Below, in pieces: positions 1 through 8,452 of a DNA stretch of 32,000 nt. Where the stretch lies: NCBI GenBank assembly GCA_000214015.2, contig CAID01000011.2, forward strand, positions 253,719 to 285,718, in the 5' to 3' direction. Made by a program: the position numbers and the translations under genes. The stretch comes from Ostreococcus tauri (taxonomy: Eukaryota). The notes under the pieces are model-generated. The model saw nothing but the letters and a program-made list of their open reading frames with translations. It did not search any database and was not told where the DNA came from. Within the stretch, counting starts at the first letter, position 1. Each line of letters opens with the position of its first letter.

Positions 1-23
1 GTGATCCTCAGGATTCACAGAGT

Positions 24-1280
24 ATGAGCGACGGCGAGGGCGAGGGTGAGGCCCAGGGGAGCGGCGCCGGAGATGACTCCGACGAGGATGGCGACGGCGA
101 GGAGCAGAGTCAGGCGGGCGGCCAGGGAGGGGGTGGGGACGATGTGGACGGCGACGATAACGTGGACGATTTCGATGTTGGCGTCGATGCCGAGCAGGCG
201 GCGAAGGAACAAGCGAAGGAGCAAGCGAAGGAGAAGAATAAGGAAATGGTGCAGAAACTTATGGAGGATTTCAAGGAGCAGTGGGAGCCAGCGGTGGATA
301 AGCTCGACAAGGCGGCAAAAGCGTTTGAGGGTCTAAACTTGGACGATCTCGCGGACGGTCCCGAAGGATTCGATCTCACCCGCGGTCTGTGGCAGCAGAC
401 GGGATGGAAGGAGCTCGATTCGCTTCGTAAGAAGCTCCAAGATTTGCGCGAGTTGCGAGACATGGTGCGCAGTTTAGGACGAGGGAGCGGGCGCGGGCCT
501 CTTCGCCGAGCGCCGCGTCAGCGCGAGCGTCAGGGCTTTCCGATGGGCCTCGTGCGAAGCCCGATGGAGCCCGAGGAAACAGCGGGACTGTGTCGATCGG
601 ATGACATTTCGCGCATGATGCCAAGCGAGTTGACGCTCCTCGCATCCAGTTTGCCACAGGCGCGGCTGCTACACTTTGCTCGCCGTGCTGAGCACACGTT
701 GCTCTCGTACGAGCGCGTGGGGTGGTCAGAGGAACCAGCGATCACGATTGAGGGTTTTGAAACGCGTCCCGCCGCGGAGTGCGGACCGATCATCGTCTGT
801 CTCGACACCTCTGGCTCGATGATGGGCGCGCGTGAAACTGTCGCCAAGGCCATGGTGCTCGAGTGCATGCGTCAGAGTCGAGCGCAGCAGCGCGCGTGCT
901 TCTTGTACTCTTTTAGTGGACCCGGTGATTGCCAAGAGCTCGAGCTCAAGCTCAACGCCACCGGGCTGTACGGCCTCTTGGAGTTCCTCAGCGGTTCGTT
1001 CCACGGAGGCACCGACGTTGACGAGCCGTTCAATCGCGCCCTCTCTCGCTTAAACGAGGCCGAGTGGTCCAACGCCGACATCTTACTCGTCACCGACGGC
1101 GAGATCGCACCGCCGGACGAGAACTTGGTCGCCAATCTGAACGAAGCCAAGGAAGAGATGGGACTGAAGGTGCACGGATTGCTCGTCGGAGACGCCGGAG
1201 ACCCGGACGTAATGAAGTCCCTGTGCACGCACACGCACAAGTTCCAATCCTGGAGCGCCGTGGGCGGTAAACCGTCGTGA
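24..1280 (+). CDS. VWA-domain protein, ViaA/CoxE-like; possibly 5'-truncated by the window edge
   Basis: 418-aa ORF. The C-terminal half carries a VWA/MIDAS signature (IIVCLDTSGSMMG = DxSxS). It is collinear with the C-terminus of bacterial ViaA as recalled (FHGGTDV, ADILLVTDGEI, KVHGLLVG). The N-terminus is acidic low complexity. The frame stays open from nt 3 to ATG24, so the true start may lie outside the window. Confidence 0.75.
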   Translation: MSDGEGEGEAQGSGAGDDSDEDGDGEEQSQAGGQGGGGDDVDGDDNVDDFDVGVDAEQAAKEQAKEQAKEKNKEMVQKLMEDFKEQWEPAVDKLDKAAKAFEGLNLDDLADGPEGFDLTRGLWQQTGWKELDSLRKKLQDLRELRDMVRSLGRGSGRGPLRRAPRQRERQGFPMGLVRSPMEPEETAGLCRSDDISRMMPSELTLLASSLPQARLLHFARRAEHTLLSYERVGWSEEPAITIEGFETRPAAECGPIIVCLDTSGSMMGARETVAKAMVLECMRQSRAQQRACFLYSFSGPGDCQELELKLNATGLYGLLEFLSGSFHGGTDVDEPFNRALSRLNEAEWSNADILLVTDGEIAPPDENLVANLNEAKEEMGLKVHGLLVGDAGDPDVMKSLCTHTHKFQSWSAVGGKPS

Positions 1281-1323
1281 TCGTACATCACTCCGCGCGT
1301 CACACGTACGCGTCTTAGCTCGT

Positions 1324-1328
1324 TGTAA
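1324..1328 (+). promoter_or_regulatory. TGTAA putative poly(A) signal
   Basis: TGTAA lies 43 nt after the stop of the VWA gene. It is part of a recurrent pattern described in the findings. Confidence 0.4.
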
Positions 1329-1388
1329 TCACGTTCGCCGAACCGACGCTCGCTCGCAATCATCCTCAGTGCGAGCCTCGGGTCCATC

Positions 1389-2996
1389 ATGCTCGCGCTC
1401 ACCCGCGCTCGCGCGCAGCGCACCGCTCCACCCGCCGCGTTCGTCGTTCAAGCCGAGCGCGCGCGGACGTTATCGCCGCTCACCGACGTCACGCCCGTGA
1501 ACATTGGAGACGATTCGCCCACGTGCGTCGCGTTGGACCAGAGCGAGCGCCGGTACCTGTTGATCGGGACGATCAGCGGTGGATGCGTCGTCGCGGACAC
1601 GGAGGCCAACGCCGAGGCGCCGGTAGTCGTGTGTCGAATCAGCGGTCGCGGCGCGCGGGTGCGCGCGGGAGAACGCGGCGATGGGAATCAAAGCGCGGCG
1701 AGCGGGACGGCGAGCGGGACGGCGAGCGAGGCGCCGGGACACGCGTACGCGACGTCGTGCGCGTCGTGGCTCCCGAGCGACACCGGAGGGTTTTATACGG
1801 GTGGTTTTGATCACGCGGTGAAATTTTGGGACGCGAACGCGGCCGAGGTGGCGAGCGAGATCGACGTCGGGGCGAAAGTCCGAGCGGTGGCGCCGAGCGG
1901 CGCGGCGGGGAGCGGCGCGCTGTGCGCGATCGGAAGCGACGATGACGTCGTTCGATTGTGGGATCCCGCGTCGAACGCGATCGCGCACACGCTGAGTGGG
2001 CACCGAGGGGGGGTGAGCGCGATCGATTGGTTGCGATCGAGCGAATACGCGCTCGCGACGGGCGGCGCGGAGGGCGACGTGCGAGTGTGGGACATTCGCA
2101 GGGCGGGAGCGTACATGATTTTAGATCGACACAACACGCAGCCGAGCGCGAGGGTGGACGCTATTAAGGATGCGATGTACGCCGGGGCGAGCGTGGTGGG
2201 TGGGACGCACGAAGCTGGGCCTAGGCCGGCGTCGAGGAAGATGGCGGATGCGGTTCCGGAACACTTGCGCGCCGACTCGGCCAGACGATGCTCAAGCTCA
2301 GGATGGGGGCGATCGAACGGCGCGAGCACGAGCGGAGGCGGTGGCGTAAATCGCAAGCGTGCCAGGAACGGGGGATGGGGTGGTTGGGGCGTCGGCTTTC
2401 GAGGGCGAGGTCGCGGCGATGACGACGAGCGTCGATCGTCACGCGTCTTCCCAGCGCGAGACGGATACTCCTCCGTTTCTGCTCCAGCGCACGACGGTCG
2501 AGTGAGCGCGGTGAAAGTGACGCCATGTGGTATGTTTCTCATCTCAACCGGCGCGGACGGAAGGATCCGTCGGTGGGATTTATCGAATGGATTGAACACG
2601 TACACGCCGTATGACGAATCCGGCCTCGCTCCGACATCCGTGGCGTGTCAGATCGCTATCACCGCCGACGGTGAGCGTCTCTTCGTGCCATGTACAGATG
2701 GACGCGTGCGATCGTACCGGACGCACACCGGCACCATGGATGCCGAGCTTCGAGCGCACATGGACGACGTCTTCGCGTGCGCGTACAAGGATGGCGGCGA
2801 CGCCGAGCTCTTCACGTGCGGAAAGGACGCCAACGTCCTCGTCTGGCGTCCGGCCAAGGGCTCAATCGACAACGTCGCTGTGGATGGCGACGATTGGAGC
2901 GACGATGACGACGTGATCGACCGAAGACTCCTTGATCCGTCCTCGACCCACCGCGGCGGTTTGGGATACCGCTCGATTCGGCGACCCGTCCGATGA
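1389..2996 (+). CDS. ERCC8: WD40-repeat excision-repair protein CSA/ERCC8 homologue
   Basis: 535-aa ORF, collinear with human ERCC8 as recalled. [31 protein letters not shown] matches [64 protein letters not shown] matches [34 protein letters not shown]. The acidic C-terminal tail is DDWSDDDD. There is an extra Gly/Arg-rich insert in the middle. Confidence 0.85.
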   Translation: [535 protein letters not shown]

Positions 2997-3206
2997 CGAC
3001 GCCGACGCCTATCGACTCCGTTCGTCGCCATCGCCGACGTTCGTGTACAACACGCATAGAACGCGCATTCAAATAGATGTACAACATTTCACAGCGCCCC
3101 GCGACCCTCGACGATGAATGAAACTCTCCGCCTTCGCTCTCCGCTTTGAAGCTTTAGTGTTGCGCGCGGCAACCTCCACTCACTCACGCGACGCGACGAC
3201 CTCTCG

Positions 3207-3827
3207 ATGCCCGCCAAACGCCGCGCCAACGGCGCACGATCGCATCCGAGCGCGATCGACCGCGTGACGCGAACGACGGTGACCAAGACGCGCGCGAACG
3301 GAAAGCACAAAGATGGAAATTATGATTTACGGGCCAGGCTCAAGGCCGAGGGCAAAGAGAACGGAACGAAGATGCGGGCGTACGGTGGAGGCGCCGCGGA
3401 CTTGCGTGAGAAGTTAGGGAGTGATTTGCGACGGACGATCGAGGCTGGACGCGAACAGAAGTGGCCGCGGGGGCAAGTCGTCGGCGAGGAGGACGCGCGG
3501 ATGAGCGACGATTTACGACGGCGGTTGACGCATCGGAGCACGAGCGCGTCGAACGGGTCGAGAGAGGATCTACGATCGAAACTTATCGGTCGTGGGTCGA
3601 GAGGAGCGAGTAAGAGGCCCGTCGGGGGACGGCGCGGCGATGTGAACGTTTCGCGGTTGTTGCGTTCGCTCGATTTGGATCGATACGTCGACGCGTTCGC
3701 CAGGGAGGAGATCGATTACGACGCGCTGAAGCAGATGCGAGAGAAAGATTTTAACAAGTTAGGTGTGCCTTTTGGGCCGATGGTTAAGATCACTCGAGCG
3801 CTGATCGCGATGCGTGATCGACGGTGA
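3207..3827 (+). CDS. SAM (sterile alpha motif) domain protein with basic low-complexity N-terminus
   Basis: 206-aa ORF. The C-terminal ~60 aa (VSRLLRSLDLDRYVDAFAREEIDYDALKQMREKDFNKLGVPFGPMVKITRALIAM) fit the SAM-domain pattern. The rest is Arg/Lys-rich. Confidence 0.6.
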   Translation: MPAKRRANGARSHPSAIDRVTRTTVTKTRANGKHKDGNYDLRARLKAEGKENGTKMRAYGGGAADLREKLGSDLRRTIEAGREQKWPRGQVVGEEDARMSDDLRRRLTHRSTSASNGSREDLRSKLIGRGSRGASKRPVGGRRGDVNVSRLLRSLDLDRYVDAFAREEIDYDALKQMREKDFNKLGVPFGPMVKITRALIAMRDRR

Positions 3828-3830
3828 GCG

Positions 3831-3878
3831 GCGGATCAAGACGCGGATCGAGACGCGGATCGAGACGCGGATCGAGAC
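3831..3878. repeat. 12-bp tandem repeat x4 (GCGGATCGAGAC; first unit has A for G)
   Basis: Read directly from the sequence: gcggatcaagac, then gcggatcgagac x3. It starts 3 nt after the SAM-gene stop, in the spacer before the THUMP gene. Confidence 0.9.
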
Positions 3879-3963
3879 GAGGACGAGAGAGAGCCCCAGA
3901 GTCACTTCACCGCGCGTGCGAGAGCAAACGTCGAGGTAGATCTTTGCAGATAGCCAAGGTAAC

Positions 3964-4719
3964 ATGTCAGACTCCTCCGCGGTCTGGAACAATGCCATGC
4001 GACTCGCAGAAGACCTCTCGTACGTGCCGCCGACGGCTCCGCTCCCGTCTTGGATCAAAGGCTTCCTAGTTACCGCCGTGCACTCGAACGACAACGCCAT
4101 CGTGGACGCCGCCATCGAAGCAGCTAACATACTGAATGATTTCTGGTTCAAAGTTGCGTACGACGCGCACCGCATCGACGGTGAGAAGCCGTACGATAGC
4201 GCGGAGTGTCTGTGGATACCGGGTTGCACGACGTGCGCGTTCGTCGCGCTCAAACCGGACGACAACGACGTGAATCTGTACATGTGCGTCAAGGCCATCG
4301 TCGAGGAGTGTAAAAAGGGCGCGGATTGGAAGCAGCCGACGCACGTCTCGAGAATCGTGCCCGTGGAGCAAGCGGCGAGCGAACTCGAGCTCGATTCTCT
4401 CGCCGCGCGCGTTCTCCCGGGACACTTCCCCGCGCGAGACGCCGACGCCGAACCGATCTCGTTCGAGGTGCACTACGAGGAACACAGTGCGCTTCGACAC
4501 TTCCAATCGGCCGACGTCAATCGTGTCGTCGCCGCACATGTTCCTCGTGTCGGCTACAGAGTCGATCTGAAAAAGCCGATGAAAACCATCATCGTCATCA
4601 ACGCTGGCGGCTCGATGATGATGTCGGTCGTCGAAAACTACGACGAATTGAACCACTTCAACATCCGAACGGCGGTGAACGAAAAGCTCGCGAACACCGT
4701 CCCTTCTGCCGTCGCGTAA
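3964..4719 (+). CDS. THUMP-domain protein (THUMPD1/Tan1-like)
   Basis: 251-aa ORF. The N-terminal GFLVTAVHSNDNAIVDAAIEAANILNDFW and the C-terminal KTIIVINAGGSMMMSVVENYDELNHFNIRT resemble THUMPD1/Tan1 family proteins as recalled. This was not searched. Confidence 0.65.
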   Translation: MSDSSAVWNNAMRLAEDLSYVPPTAPLPSWIKGFLVTAVHSNDNAIVDAAIEAANILNDFWFKVAYDAHRIDGEKPYDSAECLWIPGCTTCAFVALKPDDNDVNLYMCVKAIVEECKKGADWKQPTHVSRIVPVEQAASELELDSLAARVLPGHFPARDADAEPISFEVHYEEHSALRHFQSADVNRVVAAHVPRVGYRVDLKKPMKTIIVINAGGSMMMSVVENYDELNHFNIRTAVNEKLANTVPSAVA

Positions 4720-5104
4720 ACGGGATCTCGCGCGAAAACGCTGAATCGACGATTCGACCGACGATACGACGCAGACCGCCGTGGCATCGCGTCGCCGACC
4801 CACGCGCTTACTCTCGATCGTGTGATGCGATGCACTTTCACCGAAATTTCGCCCTTCCCCTCTCACCTCTCGCCTCTCGCACGCATAGCGTCGACGCGCC
4901 ACTAGTACTCCTTCACGTCAGCGCGAGCGCTTTGTACCCTAAAGTGGATAGCGCGAGAGTCCAAAGTGTCCTCAGATCGTCGCGCACACGCGTCGCTCGC
5001 TCGCTCGCGCGTCCGATCGTCACGCGCGCGACGATCGAAACCGTCGAACGCGCCCGTTCGAGCGTCCACGAGGTGATTACATCGTCGTCGACGACGGAAT
5101 AATC

Positions 5105-6616
5105 ATGGCTGGCGGCCCAACGCTCGCGAACGAGATCGCGCGCGCCATGCGCGATTCTCCGCTCTACGTCACGATTCCGGCGGTGATGATGACGATCATC
5201 CTCGCGATCTTTATTCTGGATCAACTCTCGCACGGTCCGTTGAAGGGACGGAGGAGTCCGCCGGTGATCTCCGTCGCGCCGGTGTGGGGCGGCATGGTCG
5301 CGTTCCTCGCGGGACCGATGCGGCTGATGCGAGAGGCGATGCCCAAGTACGGTGAGGTGTTCACCGTGCCGGTGTTCCACAAGCGGATCACGTTTTTGAT
5401 CGGGCCAAAGGTGAGCGAACACTTTTTTAAGGCGAAGGACACGGAGATGTCGCAGAAGGAGGTGTACGAGTTCAACGTCCCGACGTTCGGTAAGGGCGTG
5501 GTGTTCGATGTCGATCACACGACTCGCGCTGAACAGTTTAGGTTCTTCGCGGACAGCTTGAAGAGTAATCGGTTGCGGATGTACGTGGGGATGATGGTCA
5601 AGGAGGCGGAGGATTTCTTCGCCAAGTGGGGCGACGAGGGCGAGGTGAACCTGTTGGATGAGCTCTCAGAGCTCATCGTGCTCACCGCGTCGCGATGCTT
5701 ACTCGGACGGGAGATTCGTGAGACGCTTTACTCTGAGGTCACCGAACTTGTGCACGACTTGGATAAGGGTATGGTACCGTTGTCGGTGTTCTTCCCGTAC
5801 GCCCCGATCGAGGCGCACCGCAAGCGCGACAAGGCTCGCAAAAAGTTGGCTCAAATTTTCGACAAGGTCATTCAGGCTCGACGCGAGAGCGGCGCGAGCG
5901 AACCAGATGTTCTCCAGACGTTCATCGACGCTCGTTACAAGAATGGTTCCAAGCTCTCGAACGATCAAGTCCTCGGCATGTTGATTGCGGTGTTATTCGC
6001 GGGTCAGCACACATCTTCGATCACGTCCACGTGGACGGGTTTGCTCTCCATCGCTAACAAGGAGCGCGTCTTCCCGGCCCTGGAAGAAGAGCAGCGCAAA
6101 ATTATCAAGGCGCACGGCAACGAGCTCGACTTTGATATATTAGCGAAGATGGACGAGCTGCACTTTGCGGTGAAGGAGGCGCTCCGCATGCATCCGCCGC
6201 TCATCATGCTCTTGCGTTACGCCCAGTCGGCGTTCGAAGTGGAGACGACCGAGGGAAAGAAGTACACTGTACCGAAGGGACACATCGTCGCCACCTCTCC
6301 GGCGTTCGCCCACAGACTTGACAGCGTGTATAGCGAACCGGACACGTACAAGCCCGGACGCTTCCGCGAGCCGAACGCCGAGGACAAGGCGGCGTTCGCC
6401 TCCTTCATCGGCTTCGGCGGCGGTCGTCACGGTTGCATGGGTGAGACCTTCGCGTACATGCAAATCAAGACCATCTGGTCCATTCTCATCAGAAACTTTG
6501 AATTCGACATGGTGGGCGACCTTCCCGAGCCGGATTACGAAGGCATGGTCGTCGGACCCAAGCACGCGGGGTGCCGAATCAAGTACAAGCGCCGCGCCAA
6601 GCCGCTCGGCAAGTGA
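5105..6616 (+). CDS. CYP51: Sterol 14-alpha-demethylase, cytochrome P450 family 51
   Basis: 503-aa ORF with an N-terminal TM helix (VTIPAVMMTIILAIFIL). The I-helix reads AGQHTSS, typical of CYP51. ExxR is EALR. The heme-binding loop is FGGGRHGCMGETFA. Confidence 0.92.
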   Translation: MAGGPTLANEIARAMRDSPLYVTIPAVMMTIILAIFILDQLSHGPLKGRRSPPVISVAPVWGGMVAFLAGPMRLMREAMPKYGEVFTVPVFHKRITFLIGPKVSEHFFKAKDTEMSQKEVYEFNVPTFGKGVVFDVDHTTRAEQFRFFADSLKSNRLRMYVGMMVKEAEDFFAKWGDEGEVNLLDELSELIVLTASRCLLGREIRETLYSEVTELVHDLDKGMVPLSVFFPYAPIEAHRKRDKARKKLAQIFDKVIQARRESGASEPDVLQTFIDARYKNGSKLSNDQVLGMLIAVLFAGQHTSSITSTWTGLLSIANKERVFPALEEEQRKIIKAHGNELDFDILAKMDELHFAVKEALRMHPPLIMLLRYAQSAFEVETTEGKKYTVPKGHIVATSPAFAHRLDSVYSEPDTYKPGRFREPNAEDKAAFASFIGFGGGRHGCMGETFAYMQIKTIWSILIRNFEFDMVGDLPEPDYEGMVVGPKHAGCRIKYKRRAKPLGK

Positions 6617-6644
6617 TCGATCTCATCGCGGAGGACCATCGAGT

Positions 6645-6649
6645 TGTAA
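6645..6649 (+). promoter_or_regulatory. TGTAA putative poly(A) signal
   Basis: TGTAA lies 28 nt after the CYP51 stop. Confidence 0.4.
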
Positions 6650-6764
6650 CGGCGGGCGGGCGACGCCTCCGTCATATATATCTTCAAACACATCCAACGC
6701 GCGCGTCCGCGTTTGTTCGCGTCACCGCGTCGACCCCGCGCGTCGCTCCACACCTCGCCTCGCC

Positions 6765-7769
6765 ATGCGTCGCGCCGCTCGCGTCGCCCGCGACGCCATC
6801 GCGCGCGTGCACCAAACGCACGCGTCCAAGGACGCATCGCGCGCCCTCGTCGGTGGATGCGCGCCCTCGAGCGCGTCGCTACGCGATGACGTTGGCTCGA
6901 GTCGCGACCTAGGTTCGATCGCCCGCGATCGCCAAAGACGCGGTTTCACCGCCAGCGCGTCGTCCCAAAAGACGCGCTCGGGGAGCAAACGCGCGACGAT
7001 GCCGATCACGGCGGAGGAGATGACGTACGACAAGATCGTGCGCGTGACGGACTCGAAACAACGGTTGGCGCCGAGGGACGGGACGTTTTACGGCGCGCCG
7101 CCAAAGACGTGGGCGGAACGCGAACTCGAAACCGTGGACGCGCGAGAGTTGGAGGCGCTGGACGCTCTGTTCGAGACGTACGTCGAGGGTGCGTACGTCG
7201 AGGGGAGTGGGTTACCGACGTACGAGGAGGCGTTGGCTGGGAGAGAGAATTTGAGAGAGCGCGCGGAGAGCGAGCGGGCGGCTTCGGCGAGCGACGAGGG
7301 CGAGACGGTGGATTCGGCGTCGGAAAGCGCGGATGAGGAGAAAGAGACGGCGCCGTTCGTTCGTGTGCCTATTCGAGACGCCGCGGGGCGGTCGTACGGG
7401 ACGGGGCGAAGGAAGACAGCGGTCGCTAGAGTGTGGCTCGCCCCCGGACCGGGCGAGCACAAGGTGAATGGACGACCCTACGATGAGTATTTCTCGTCGC
7501 CCACCGTTCGCGGCGAGATGGTCGCCCCATTCTTCGTGAGCGATACCGTTGGTTTATTCACCGCCGTCGTGGACGTTCGCGGGGGCGGGATTAGTGGCCA
7601 AGCACAGGCGTGTCGCCACGGCATATCCGTGGCGCTCCAAAACTACGACCCGGTGTTTCGACCGGCGCTCAAAGCCGCCGGGTACCTCACGCGCGATTCC
7701 AGGATCGTCGAACGCAAGAAACCTGGTAAGGCCAAGGCGCGTAAGTCATTCGCATGGGTCAAGAGATAG
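6765..7769 (+). CDS. Organellar (probably mitochondrial) ribosomal protein uS9
   Basis: The C-terminal ~130 aa are clearly uS9 (GTGRRKTAVARVWL, GGGISGQAQACRHGISVALQ, ERKKPGKAKARKSFAWVKR). The track start at 6318 overlaps CYP51. The first ATG after the CYP51 stop is 6765 (MRRAARVARDA, presequence-like). A TATA-like ATATATAT lies at 6674-6681. Confidence 0.85.
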   Translation: MRRAARVARDAIARVHQTHASKDASRALVGGCAPSSASLRDDVGSSRDLGSIARDRQRRGFTASASSQKTRSGSKRATMPITAEEMTYDKIVRVTDSKQRLAPRDGTFYGAPPKTWAERELETVDARELEALDALFETYVEGAYVEGSGLPTYEEALAGRENLRERAESERAASASDEGETVDSASESADEEKETAPFVRVPIRDAAGRSYGTGRRKTAVARVWLAPGPGEHKVNGRPYDEYFSSPTVRGEMVAPFFVSDTVGLFTAVVDVRGGGISGQAQACRHGISVALQNYDPVFRPALKAAGYLTRDSRIVERKKPGKAKARKSFAWVKR

Positions 7770-7872
7770 TCTTTCGCGTCGTGTTATGAAACGTTTGGAT
7801 GAATAATCCGCTCGATGTCCCCACCCTAAGGTTTCTCCCCGCCACTGTGAACAGCACTCTTTCTCGCGCACG

Positions 7873-8343
7873 ATGTCTCGCGCCGTCGCCGCTCGATGCG
7901 CCCGCGCGCTCAGTGCGCTCACCGCGTCTTCATCAGCACCCGTGGCGATTGTCCAGACCGCGCGTGCGTCGACGCGAGACGCTTTCGCGTCGTCACGAGT
8001 GCTCTCGAGCTCGCTGCTGTTGATGAATTCACGCTCGTTCTCCGTCGTCTCGACGCCGCCGACGCATTCGGCGTACGGGGTCACCGATTCCGAGATCTTC
8101 GAAGTTCCGAGCGAGGCTTTGGAGCGAGCGTCCGACGCGAGCGCGGTGAAGAAGCCGACGAAGAGGAAGAATCACATCAAGCGCATGCTGGCGCGAGAGG
8201 CGTTTCGTCGAGAGAACGCGCGCGTGCACAAAGAGAACAAACGACGGGCGATCGCGGAACGGGATGTGAAGCGATTAGAGAAGTGGCGCTCGGCGGTGGC
8301 GCTGAAGAAGGAACTCGAGGAGAGCATGGGAACGCGTGATTAG
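7873..8343 (+). CDS. Hypothetical small basic protein with presequence-like N-terminus
   Basis: 156-aa ORF. The N-terminus MSRAVAARCARALSALTASSS is Ala/Arg/Ser-rich like a mitochondrial presequence. The C-terminus is a Lys/Arg-rich helix (KKPTKRKNHIKRMLAREAFRRENARVHKENKRR). A second frame (7896-8339) is also open, so the frame choice is not certain. Confidence 0.45.
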   Translation: MSRAVAARCARALSALTASSSAPVAIVQTARASTRDAFASSRVLSSSLLLMNSRSFSVVSTPPTHSAYGVTDSEIFEVPSEALERASDASAVKKPTKRKNHIKRMLAREAFRRENARVHKENKRRAIAERDVKRLEKWRSAVALKKELEESMGTRD

Positions 8344-8426
8344 TCGTTTGTCGTGACAACGCGTGAGCGCGTGAATGTTTTTGCGTTTCGTTTACACCCT
8401 CGTACACTGATCGCGTGCGTTTATTC

Positions 8427-8431
8427 TTACA
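8427..8431 (-). promoter_or_regulatory. TGTAA putative poly(A) signal (minus strand)
   Basis: The + strand reads ttaca, which is TGTAA on the minus strand, 21 nt after the DGD1 stop. Confidence 0.4.
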
Positions 8432-8452
8432 GAGTGACTTCGCGTGCCTCTT

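Noticed and set aside
1811-2605. 264-aa antisense ORF inside the CSA/ERCC8 gene
   Set aside because: It lies opposite a homology-supported CDS. The translation is Pro/Arg/Ser/Ala low complexity, typical of stop-poor GC-rich antisense frames.
4066-4902. 278-aa antisense ORF over the THUMP gene, plus the 258-aa + strand ORF 4326-5102
   Set aside because: The translations are Arg-rich and compositionally biased with no recognisable motif. They overlap a gene with family signatures.
6318-6764. 5' extension of the uS9 ORF (track start 6318)
   Set aside because: It overlaps the last 300 nt of CYP51 in another frame and encodes Ser/Arg/Pro junk. The first ATG after the CYP51 stop gives a sensible presequence.
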